DNA from: Thalia democratica
Taxonomy: Eukaryota
Direction: 5' to 3'
DNA: 64,000 nucleotides
Assembly: GCA_965202585.1 (NCBI GenBank)
Contig: OZ241827.1
Coordinates: forward strand, 23,250,001 to 23,314,000
The position numbers and the translations under genes are program-made. Each line of letters begins with the position of its first letter. Within the stretch, counting starts at the first letter, position 1. The notes beneath the pieces were generated by a model. It worked only from the letters and a program-made list of their open reading frames with translations, was not told the DNA's origin and ran no database searches. Positions 11,900 through 23,745 of this stretch are shown here, piece after piece.

Positions 11900-13967
11900 G
11901 TAAAAAGATAACAATGAAAAAAGAGTTTGCAAAAAAAAATCAAGTTTTCAGTTTGTGTTGATGGCAGAGTTGCGAAAAAATCTGAAAAAACCTTGGGTTT
12001 TAAACAAACATCACCAAATAACCTGCAATTTTAAACAAATTTTGCATGATAAAAAGAAAAATTTCTAAAAATCAATCTTATAGATAACTTTTTTTGTCAC
12101 TATTAACCCTGTGACAGTAAAACAGCGAGTCCATTTTATCCGACACCTATCATTAAAAGGCAGCCCAGAATAAGATTTTTATCAAGTTTTTTATTGGATT
12201 ATGTTGGTTAAAGGAGCCGGTTTTGTTAGACTTTTATTACTAACATTTAAGTTTGTAGTTTCATTTTAAGCTAAATTTTTGTATTAAAAGTTTGTAAAAC
12301 TTTATAACTAAAGTTATATAGTACTTCATTGATATTTTTATGTAGAACAATTTGTAATTTTTTGAACTATAAACATTATAAAACTATCTATACAAATTTT
12401 GTCTAACTTAAGTTTATTTCTTTTTAAAAATAAAGAAAGGTTTATAAAAAATTGTTGTTAAATGAAGTGAAAAATAAACACTCAAGTTTTTAATGTATAG
12501 ATACCATCAAGGTTAAAATGTTATGCTTTTTAACAATATATCAACTACAAATTTACATTGGTTCTAAATTAGTTCAAAAAGTTATACTGTATGCTCTAAA
12601 ATCAACTGCCTATTTGATTGTTTCTATAATTGCAAGCAGACTGGTTCTAATATATAACAATTTATGTTAATAATTATCCATATGTATTTGTGATTATAAA
12701 CTAAATGTTTTTTATAAGTTTATGCAATAAAAAACAACTTTAGAATGTGTTTAACTTGGAAAAAACTGGTCTACAAATATTACCTAATCCTCGAAACATG
12801 CACAAGCTAACTGTGATTTCTCAAGTTGTAAGTAAGTTTTTCTGTATTAAAATTTTTGAAAGTTATAATTTAGGTTAAGATTTCTACGATTAATAGAGAG
12901 ATTAAGTTTAAAAATCACTTAAAGTTCTTCAGAATTTTGTCAATTTACTGCTTGCAAAAACTACAAAAATTTACTTGAATTTATAAATGTTACTTTTGTT
13001 CTTAAAGTTGTAGAGCTAAATGAAGTTGATATAAATTATTTGAAACTTTAAAATTATAATTTTTTGAAAGCTTCCATTCTATTCAAAATATTGCTCACAA
13101 AAACCTAAAAAAAAGCTATAATATAGCAAGCTATAGTTAGAATTTTCTGGAAGTGTAACTTAAGCCTATCTAATATAAATGCTTAACCCTAAGAAAAAAT
13201 CAAATGAGATTTACATGATTTGTTTGAGCTAATATGACCCTAAATTATCCTTTAAATTGCTTTAAAGTAATCTTTGTTACTAGAGAAAATAGTTTTTTTT
13301 TCAGAAAAAAAAAACTTAATATTTTAATAAAACAACATAACAAAATGTTATCTTAACTTATACTTTATTAAACAAAAACGGTAAAATGAGTGGTCAAGTA
13401 TTTTTGTGTAGTTGTTGCAAGTCTTAAATTTTAAATAAGCTGTAGCGTTTCAAGTAATTTTAAAACTGATAACAGTAAAAACTATAGGAATTAACTTATA
13501 AAATAGTTACATAGCTAATAAAATAATTCAAGCAAAAAAAAAAATTAAACATAGTTTTAAACAGAATAGATCTAGTTTTTTTAGTCACCAAAAAAGCAAT
13601 CTTTCACTTACCAGCCCACTGTGCAGTATTGAAGTATTTATTTTATTGACTAAATATCTTTTAATTAAAAATTCACCAAAATGTATGTACTGTTTGTTTT
13701 AAGTTTTTTATAAACACCGTGTAAACATTCCTCTTACAAATTAAGCTGATGTAATTAAATTACAAATTTGGAAAAAGTATATATAACAATATGTTTCAGT
13801 CTAATAAAATTTCATATTACTACAATGTACAAATAACTTTTACGCGTGTTATAGTAAAAAAAAGTGTCTTGATAATATTTTTTCTTATAAGTTAGGTTTT
13901 TTTATATTCTAAAACAAATTAAAAAATTCTAATTTGTTTTAAATTTTTACAGAACAAGGAGTCATAA
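11900..13967 (+). pseudogene. Tandem duplicate of the last three MPP8-like exons
   Basis: The copy of exon 9086-9249 (about 11900-12180) is split by a 147-bp insertion (11965-12111) and its donor is mutated GT>AT. The copy of 9795-9878 at 12744-12827 is open with intact splice sites (NVFNLEKTGLQILPNPRNMHKLTVISQV). The copy of the last exon at 13953 reads NKES*. Confidence 0.8.
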
Positions 13968-15892
13968 GTTAATGTTGTGTAACTGAGATTTTGTAGGTTT
14001 GAAAACACTTTAAGCAAAGATATGAATCGAAAAATTGTTTACTTTTAAAATAAAATTCAACAGGTTGAATCTTTTTTTCTTACAAAAAAAGTTTTTAAAT
14101 CATAACGTTTCTGAAAATTCGTTCATTAATTGGCTTAACTAATGGTTAAAAAAGTTCAATACCACAAATTTTCATCATAATTAAAGTTTATACTTTAACT
14201 TTTATAAATTATTGAGTTAAATAAACTGTATGTTTTACTGAATTTTTTGTATGTTTTTGTCCGTATAATATTTAATATACGTAAAATGTTTTTTTTTTTA
14301 AGTTGTGACAATAAAAATACTTCTTTAGCAAATCAAAAGTAAAAGGATAGTAGACATAAGGTTACGTAAAAAATGTTATTGTTTAATGGTGTATGAAATT
14401 TAATTATCTTTAAAGGGCTTTTCAAAAGTGACAATATTGTTTATGTTTATTGCTATAACGCACAATCGGTATTGCATAAACAATCTTCTCACTTAAGATA
14501 TATCTGGTCTATTGATCTTTTTGCTACTACCGCTCTTTTAGAAAAAAGTTAAAAATTAATTGAATAGCCGGTATGTATCGTCAAGTATAGTTTTGTAAAT
14601 TATCTACTTCTTTTTTCAGAATTGTTTTAAATATAATCAGTTTTGAAAATAAACTTTAAAGAAGTTAAACCACCAGGAACTAAATTGAAAAAAATATCCG
14701 TATGTATATTATTGTACAATATATAATGAAATTGATGAAAAAAACCATAAAAGAAACTGTCTCAAACTCTTTTAAAAAACAAAAAAACAGACTCAGAGAC
14801 TTTTTGTTTTATTAAAACATTTTCAATTCTGTTGGAAACTATTTGGTTTAAGAGAAGTATAATAAAATAACAATTATAACTCATTGTATGTAAATCAAAT
14901 TATTCAACCCAGTCTAATTTATGATATCAAAAAGCAGACTACCTTTAAACCATCTATTCTAGTTTTGAACAAAATATAGTATTTAAATCCGGATGTTTTT
15001 GCTAACATCCTGCCATATTCTAATTAAAAAAAACAGATCCGGCCAGATTTTGATTTCTAAAGTAAGAGCAATTTTAGTAAACTGAAGTAAAAAAACATTT
15101 CTATCAAAAAAAATAAAAAACAAAGAATATATCTTAAAAATACAATCGCACTAAAGTTATAATAAAAAGTTTCTTTAGAAGAAACAATTATACCACCAAG
15201 AACAAACAAATCTACAGTACTTTTACACATTGTAATCTATGTATATATTCTTGGTTTATAACTAAGTTTTGGTAGCTATAAAAGTTAAAAAAAAAACTAT
15301 TTTTGCTTTTAATTAAATTTTTTTCTACCTTACTGGATCAGTAAAAGCATGTTCATTGATCGATTCATAGTAATTAGCATTGTACTTTTTTACACACTAA
15401 TATTTATAATTGTTTTGTTTGTGTACTGTTTATAATCTAAAGTTAATATTTTTTGTTCCTAAATCAATCAATATTTGTATACTTTTTTCTTTGATACAGT
15501 TGGACAATGTCTTTTGTCAGTAGACTAAACTTGGGACCATTTTGTACATAATGGGCCGGATTTTCGACATAGACTTTCGCGGGCTACTTAAATTTTCTTA
15601 AACTAATAAGCTCCTAAGTTATTTATGTCTATAGAGATAGCTCGACTGATAAGATCCAAAGTGTAAAAATTTACAATTTGAGACTGTGACTTAATTAAAA
15701 TAAACAGTATTTTGTGCCTTAGGCGGTGTAACCAAACAATTTAATGTTACCATTTTTAAATACTAATAATAGTTGTTATTTAACACCCATATATCTATTA
15801 ACATTAGTTATGAGTGTCATTTGTTTTAAAGTTTACTAAAGTTATCATGGTATATTGTTTATTGAACGACAAAAAAAGAACGTTCAAAATAC

Positions 15893-15978
15893 TTGGTCCT
15901 AAGACCTGGTGCACGAAAAAACCTTTCGGTTATCGAGTCGTACACCACTTGGACACCTTTTAACGTCATGTACAGGAC
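15893..15978 (-). repeat. Short structured interspersed repeat, SINE-like (other copies 31249-31331, 31920-32003, 35703-35780)
   Basis: Four dispersed copies of ~85 bp with shared core GTCCTGAGCAAGACGTTAAAAGG...GGTGTGCGACTCGAT(T/A)ACCGAAAGGTTTTTTGTGCACCAGGTCTTAAGAC. The GTCCT..GCAAGAC.TTAA motif resembles conserved SINE body domains as I recall them. Confidence 0.5.
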
Positions 15979-16421
15979 ATCGCTATCTACGATATCTACG
16001 CTATGTACTAACAAATAACGTATTTTTAATTATATGAATAAACAGTTTTTTGTTACCTGCTTTAAGTTAATAACATTTTAAGCTATCAAAAAAAAAAAAA
16101 AAGCTTGAGACAAAAATTTCACTTATTTTCAAATTAAACATTTACCGTAGAATTTTTTACATATTCAAATTTGCATTAATTTTTTTGAGAAAGTTTTTAT
16201 TTTCTGTTAAAAATTATAAAAAATGTTATATCATCATTTAAATGTTTTTTTCTTATATATATAATTTCTGAATTTATTACTTGTTCATGCTATTACTTTT
16301 TTAATAGTACTTATCGTATAGTTTAATAAATTGTTGAGTCGCTGAATTAATCTGCAGTACAACAAGCGAAAAAATGAATGGCGGTTTTGTAGAAAGATAA
16401 ATTGTATACATTGTCTTCTGT

Positions 16422-16653
16422 GGAACCGCTCATTTCCAACCCGCGATCAAATCCCACCCGGTTAAATCCGATAACTTCTTACCGACCAAGGGTAAGGGTT
16501 AGGGGTACCAGTGATAGTAAAAACTAAATAAACAATAAGTATAAACAAAACAACCTATCAAAAATAAAGGAATAAATAAAGAAAAAAAAAGTTTTCAATG
16601 GAGATTGTGCGCGAGTTGGGTTTGATCGCGGGTGGGAAGTGATTGCAGGTGTT
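16422..16653. mobile_element. MULE-like MITE (same family as 56697-56949)
   Basis: Inverted ends AACCGCTCATTTCCAACCCGCGATCAAA / (rc) ACCTGCAATCACTTCCCACCCGCGATCAAA. No TSD seen for this copy. Confidence 0.5.
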
Positions 16654-16734
16654 ATTGTTTTTAAAGTTAATGTTTAAAGTAATAAAGTACACAGTCAGTT
16701 TACAAAAAACAAACTTACTAAAATACTTTTGAAC

Positions 16735-16900
16735 AGCTTTTTTTTAGTGCATAACTTATTTGAAAAATATAACAAAACACATTTCATTTTTTCCTTGAAT
16801 TTATTTGAGATCTTTTGTAGTAAGTACTTACTACGAAAGATCTCAAACAAATTTAGGGAATAAATAAAATGTGTTTTTTTATATTTTTAAATAAAGTACT
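16735..16900. repeat. Long near-perfect palindrome (foldback)
   Basis: Centre TTTGAGATCTTTTGTAGTAAGT|ACTTACTACGAAAGATCTCAAA, with inverted homology extending outward. Confidence 0.7.
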
Positions 16901-18585
16901 TTTACTGAGAAGTTAAAAAAATGTAACAACATCGGATTTTGAATAGATATTTTGTATATAGTTTTATAAGACTATATCTTATATTTTTTCAACCACTAGA
17001 ACTTTAAAACTTACTGATAACTTAATTAATTGATTAATTTTTAAATATTGATAGCCTATGCTCGATTATAAATATTTATTAATTAAGACTTAAAGCACTT
17101 ATTTGTAATAAAACCATGTTATTTAATTTGTAACTAATAACTTCTGTTATTTTAAAAGGTTACCAAATTCGTTAAGGAGGAAAAAAATGTATGTTATGCT
17201 AGTTAAATCAAAAAGTTATACTTTGTGTTTCAGAAACTAATTATAGAACAATTATTTTTATCAATGTTTTCAAACTTACTTGCTTTAATTTTGTTAGATT
17301 TAATGTTAACTTTAATTGATATTTAAAAGAGTTTTACTTCAAAGATTATTGGCAATAAGCCTTTTAGTTTTTATGATTCTATAAGAAATGCTGTCTACAA
17401 CAATAATTGCTTTCAATTGGTTTGTTTATCTAATATTGTCATTTTACTGTCTATACTTTTAGTATTTTAATCATATATTAAGAAATTTGAGCTACTTAAC
17501 GTTGTAGACTATTTTTATCAGTCCAAAAATAAAACAGTTTTTATTTAAACAACAAAAAATTTAAAGTAATCTTTAACTGATTTAATGTATTCTATTTACT
17601 GTAATTGAATAATAGAAGTTATATCTTAATCAATTTGTCTTTCAGTACAATTTAACAGGTATGCACCAGTTTTATGACATTAAAACAATATCAAACTTAT
17701 AAAAATTATTTTAAAATTTAAAAAGTATTTTTATCAAATCAAGCTCGAAAAATTAAAGTCTAAGTACGGCAAAAAAGTCTTATCAAAGCTAGCAAGTCAA
17801 CATTTTTAAATATCTTGTAATGTTAGGACAGGTTTTTACAAAAAAATGTGAAATAATAATGATAAGTTTTATTTCTATAAAAAAAAAAGTTTGATTAACC
17901 TTTAAATTATAGTGTAAATAAGCTTATTGTAAAATGGTTAATAAAATTGCTGTCAATGAGTTTACTACTGATTACCTGCAAACTAGTAAGAGTTGCAGTT
18001 TTCTTACTCCGGTGGATATTGTCTTGATAAGACCATTCACTAGCGAGGAATAAAACTGAAGGTAGATTATACCAAAACACCGTTAACTAAAAGACATATA
18101 TTAAAAAACGTGATTAATATGTCAGTTCATAAAAACTTCTGCGGTTGTAGTTAACGAGCTATAGTTGCTGAGTTTAAGTAAATAAAAAAAAGGTTTGATG
18201 ATGTCCTTTTGTACTAACTGACTAAAAAAAGGGTTATAAATGAAAGTGTGAATCTACTATCTGTTTCAGCTGCTTAAAAAAAGATTTTAGAAAAACAGAA
18301 ACAATAAAATGTATAGAATTTTTGATAACTCGATGATAATTTAAATCTTTTTTAAGCTCTAAACTAAGCACCTTTAGCATTTTGCATGAGCTTGTTTTTC
18401 GGAAACATTGTTTGTACCTCAATTGAATATTAAATGGTTTAGGTAGTAACTATCGCATATTTATGTTTTTTAAGACTAAAATTTATTTGATTTCAAAACA
18501 GTAAATGTTCAAACATAGTTTTATTTTCTAAAGCTATTGGTATAATTTCAAAAAAAAAACATTAGCTATTATTTATTACCAACAG

Positions 18586-21500
18586 ACAGGGAAGATTTAG
18601 AAGATGTAGATGTTTGGATTAGGTTGAATGATCTGGACAAGTACAACTACTACCAATGGGTCGACGGATCTCCTGTATCTTATACTAAATGGTCTTTCAA
18701 CGAGCCAGATGGCGGAGTTAGTTGATATTTTTGTTTGATTTAAAAAAAAATCTATCTCAGTGATCAGCTAATGCCTTAAGAGCGTTTAACTGTTAAGCAT
18801 TTATACTAGAAACAAAACACTAGTCAACCATTCTTTATAACTGTGAACATAAACACAACAAATAATAAAATGAATATTTGTGTTTTAAATGATTATCTAG
18901 TTTTCTCAAATTTTTAGACTGTTTCTAATAAAATAAATAATAAAAAAATTTTAAGAGTTTATCTATCATAAAACTTTCATAAAAAAACTACTTATAATGC
19001 AATATATTATTTTTCTCAACCTAAACTTATTAAATGGTCAGGATCCGCAGTGCGTGAAATTTATCCGCTTGGAGGGGTACTGGTCGGACAAGAAGTGTAC
19101 CCAGCAGCTGCCCTACATGTGCAAGAAGTCCAAGCAGCTGATGGAGGACACGGGAACTGGTGACTTGCCCGTGGAAGAAGGCTGCGACCCCGGCTGGTCG
19201 GCCTATGGTCGGTTGTTGTTTTGTTTGGTCTTTCTGAACATATAGATAGTATTTTGTTTTAAACTTCCTAAAGATTTTTATTGCCTTAATTGTTATGCTA
19301 CAATCTTATTTTATATAGTTTTTGGTGTACTGAATTTTAAGAAAGTTTAATAACTTCCTATCCGCTATAATCTAGTATTTAGTCGTAAATGTTTATGGGA
19401 CATATCAAACAGAGTCTTCGTGCTACTACGTGAACACCGACGACACCATATACAGGTATGCGAGGGAGATTTGCGCTGAGAACAAAGACGGAGCGTACCT
19501 GGTCAGCATCAATGACGGTTACGAGCAAGCCTTCGTCAACTCGCTTGTTAGTTGAAGTTGTATTTGCGATTTGGTTTCTGCTTATAAGTATTGTTTAACC
19601 TTAAAATTTTAACTACTTTATCCGCTATAAAGAATTAAAGGCTTATATATTTATTGGAAAGCTGTCATACGCTTTTATTATATCGGCGTTTTATTAGTCA
19701 AAAATAAAGGTTACACAATTGTTTTGACAACATATTTTTTTTTACAAAGTATATCATTGAAATTTTCAAATAGACTATTAGCCAAGGTTTTTAATTTCAT
19801 GTAAACGAATAATAATGTAAGAAGTACGTAACAAAAGTTTTTTGTTTTATGTACTTGTTTGTAATTAAAAAACGTGTTGTGTCCAAAAGTTAAAAAAATT
19901 CAGGTGTCCGCAAAACTGCGTCCAGGTCTGAACTACACGGCGTGGATCGGGTTCGCCGGAAGAAATTTAGACGACAACATGGCTGAAATCGTTTATGAAT
20001 GGGAATCAAAGGAGCCGGTAACTTACACAAATTGGAATGTTGGACAGCCCCGTTAGATTTGTTCCATAGTTTGACGGTTGCACCAATTTTTATTATAAAA
20101 AAGTCTAAAACTTGTGGCTCAAAAGTAGAAGTCAAAAGTTAAACAGAATAAACCATTGCGAAAATTTTGGTTATACGTAAATATTTCTTACATTAAACAA
20201 AACATTTATTGTGCGTTTTCAAGAAAAGAAACACTAGGAAAAGAATTTACAGAAGTTTTAGATTTATTAAACATATTTTACTTTTAGCATAGTAATAAAC
20301 TCAAAAATTTCTTAACAATTAGAGTAAAAAAAAACGAACAACTTATTATTTTACTTCTTGAAAATTGCTTTTGTATAAAAAAGGTACGAGTTTGAAGAAT
20401 TTGAGGGCTAATGAATTAATGCTTTCAATATGAATAAAATAAATTTTCAAGCTATTTAAAATAAATTTTACCATACAAATGTTCAACAGAAACGAGGTAC
20501 GAGTGCGCGCTGCCGTTCACGTACAAGGGAGTGACGTACAACGAGTGCACGACCGACGTGCCGTCTCCGGCCAGGCAGAACGAGCCGTGGTGCAGCACCG
20601 ATGCGGAGTACAACGGTTTCTGGATGTACTGCAGCGACAAGCGGGCTGTTGCCTGCACCTACCTCGACCCCATCAACGGTTGGTTTGCTCGTTTGGAAAG
20701 CGTATTTTAAGTTTAATTACCACTTAAACTTGTAGAAATTTAATTGCATGTAAGTTTTAAAAAATTATTAAGATCATAAGTCATGATTTTTAATTATTTG
20801 ACTAAAGAAGTTTAAATGCAATTATTATTATTTTTTTTTACCGCATTAACAATTAATTTTTTTCAATAAGCAAAGATTAAATAAAATATGCATATTTTTT
20901 GACTTATGCTGGTGATTTTTATCAAAGTGTAAGCGCTATTAAATATTTATGTTAAAGAAAACAATAGTTAGGGTTTATAATGTGTTTGTCAAACCACGAA
21001 GCAATGATCTATTTTTTATTATTTTGTTTGGTACGGATACTTTAACTTATAAGATCGATACACTACTAACAGGTAAGTGGAACGTGGACTTTTGTGTGAA
21101 CGACTACCACTTTGTATGCGAGAAACCGAGGGTTGGATACCCGCAACCTTCCTACACCACCCCGGATCCCTCATTGAGTTGCCCGGATGGCTGGCTGAGC
21201 GATTCCACTTCATCCTACTGCTACATGGTGCGATAATGTTCTGAACAATATTTTTTGAATTTTTACTTGCTGTAGAGTTTGAGTAGCTGTTTGTTTAGAA
21301 ATTTCTGTTGCTTTTATTATTGCTTTTAAAGACAGCATCCGTTTGGTGAAGTCAATTTTGTTTATTTCTAATCAATATCATGAGACTTCTAAAAGTTTGA
21401 AAATTTAAATTTAATTATCAAATACTTGGAAATTTATACAAATCTTCAACTACGGCCATTCTGAAATACGTTTTGTATCGACACTAACTGCTCAAGAGTA

Positions 21501-23556
21501 TAAACATTCTATTTTATTTAAAACATCGAAAATAACTTTGTAATATTTCAACTATCAGGTGATGGAGTCTCTGGACGACGCTGACCGGAAGACGTGGCAG
21601 GAAAGCGTGGACTACTGTCGCCACTTGGGGGCGGACCTGGTGTCGGTGCACTCGCAGGAGGAGCAGGCGAGCGTGATACAGGCCGTGCAGCGGGTCACCG
21701 TCAACTCTTTCGTGTACTTCTGGATGGGGCTGAACAACCTGGTCCCCAAAGACGGATACCAGTGGTCCGACGGTCAGTTATTTTTGTGCATTTAAATGGA
21801 ATTCGGGATATTTTGAATATTTTTGAATATTTTATAAATAACCTGATAGAAAAAATACTTATTGGTTAGTATGTACATGGTCAGACTGTTGTTTTAAGGA
21901 TTTAAAAATAATTAGAGCGGTTTTAAAGATTACATAAGTTTTACGTAAGCAGATGCTTATATATACATATATATCATTAGGCTTCATAATCAACAGCCTG
22001 ACGCTGACTTTAAGTTGTTTGTGATAAATTTTTTAAATGAATATAACTTTATAAACTTATAGAGTTTAATAAAGGTTTTTATAAGAATTTATGAAAGATA
22101 TTTTAAAAAGTTTACTATACTTTTTATAGGTTATTACAAAATTTAACTTGTCACAACAATAACTCAAAAACAAATTTTAACTTATGATCATAGCTGCCAC
22201 AAACTAACAAGTTAATTTTTAAATTTTACGGATAAAAAAGTCAAAGATAATTACTTTTGTTTACTAATTTTCGTCATACAACATGTTTTTTGTGGTTTGT
22301 AATTCCAACTTAAAGTAAAAGTTATAGTTTTAGATTATTAAAAATTTAACTTTTTTTTTAGGATCTCCAACATATTACTATAGTTGGGGAGACGGGGAGC
22401 CCAATAACTTTGAAGGAACTGAAAACTGCATTGAAGGACAATTTTACGCAGGCGTTGAAAGGTAAGCTGATTTATAGCAGTTAACTTTTGTTTGTAAAAG
22501 TTACATAAAACTAACTCACATAAAATGAAAATACTGCTTGATAAAAGGATCTTATAAATATTTATTTTTAAATACGAAATACTTTAATGGAAACAATGTG
22601 GATGAACTAATGTTTGTTAAGTTATTCTGTAGGTAGCCAAAAAAAATTCGGTAAAAAAAAGACGTTCATTTTCGACGAACATCTTTGAAAAAATATAGAG
22701 AGAAAATATTTAAAAAAAAGAGCAAAAAAGCCATCCGAATTCGCCCAAACTTTAATAAACAATTTTAAATTATTACAAACATCTACAGTTTATATCATTC
22801 AATGTGATCTTAACAGTTGGAACGACATTGAATGTCAAAGCAAACGAAACTGGATTTGCAAAATAGCAAAGGGCAAGTCACCGTTAGCACCGCCCACGGA
22901 ACCATATAAAAGGGGCGTAACCCCGCGTGCGGCACCGACCAGTCATGGGTAAGTACAACTTCAAACTAACATTTAAAGAAATCAGAGCAAACAAATTTTC
23001 AATTTGAGCACGTATGCTTTTGACCAGTTTTTAAATATGACTAGAAGACTTAATTATTCAAAAATTATCTGAAAATTTTATTAACGAGTTTTTTTTATTA
23101 TAAATTTATTTCTCATAAAAATTGTTTCAAAAAAAAAAAGATAGAGAACAAACAAGAAAAAAACGCGATTTAAACCCACACGTCACACGCAGGTCAGGTA
23201 CCAAACGTCGTACAACCAGGACAAGTGCTACCTGTTTAACGACCAGTCCTCCCGCCAGCTGGTGGCAGTGCACAGCGACGACGAAAGCTTGACGCTGCAG
23301 TCCTGGACCGCAATAAGTTCCGCGTCCAGCTTCTGGATAGGACTGCCAGTATAAAAAAGTTAATACAAACTAAACGAGTCACATACAGAGGGATGGACGT
23401 GGAGCGACAGTTCTCCTTACCAGTACTCGAACTGGGCGAACGGGGAGCCGAACGGCCAGGACGGGGAGGAGTGCGTGGAGATGTACCCGTGGGACGGCAG
23501 CTGGAACGACGTGCCCTGCTACGAAACCAGGGGGTTCGTCTGCAAGAGGCCTAAAG
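18586..23556 (+). CDS. Mannose-receptor-like multi-C-type-lectin gene fragment with nested FN2 domain; 3' part disrupted (possible pseudogene)
   Basis: Exons 18586-18716, 19042-19207, 19413-19546, 19904-20051, 20490-20678, 21073-21227, 21559-21772, 22362-22461, 22817-22948, 23193-23556. Splice phases agree through 22817. Four CTLDs: WIRLND/EPD, WIGF/GQP, WMGLN/EPN/WND, WIGL/EPN/WND. FN2 motif CALPFTYKGVTYNECTT...PWCST...WMYC. Frameshift near 22921 and two in-frame TAA at 23352 and 23361. Confidence 0.85.
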
Positions 23557-23669
23557 GTTTGAAAAAATATATAGATTTTTAAGGTTTGTAGGATTTAAGC
23601 TTTGTGGTTGAGAACTTTATTTTTTGTGATAGAATTAACAAGTTTATAATATATTAGTATGATCTATAC

Positions 23670-23745
23670 TAGGGGTGGGCAACGTAAATAATTGACGGGC
23701 CGGATCCAAAAAAAAAAGTCCTCAGCGGGCCGGAGCATTTCGAAT
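23670..23745. mobile_element. Left end of a hAT (Charlie/Buster-like) MITE, interrupted by a TAGTGATCTACCGGA-family remnant at 23746-23890
   Basis: TAGGGGTGGGCAAC terminus followed by CGGGCCGG motifs. Related ends at 30699, 52894 and 61167. Confidence 0.55.

Noticed and set aside
16490-16506. GGGTAAGGGTTAGGGG and similar TAACCC motifs (7258, 7354, 63420-63505) as interstitial telomeres
   Set aside because: Only one or two units each, always inside MULE-like elements.
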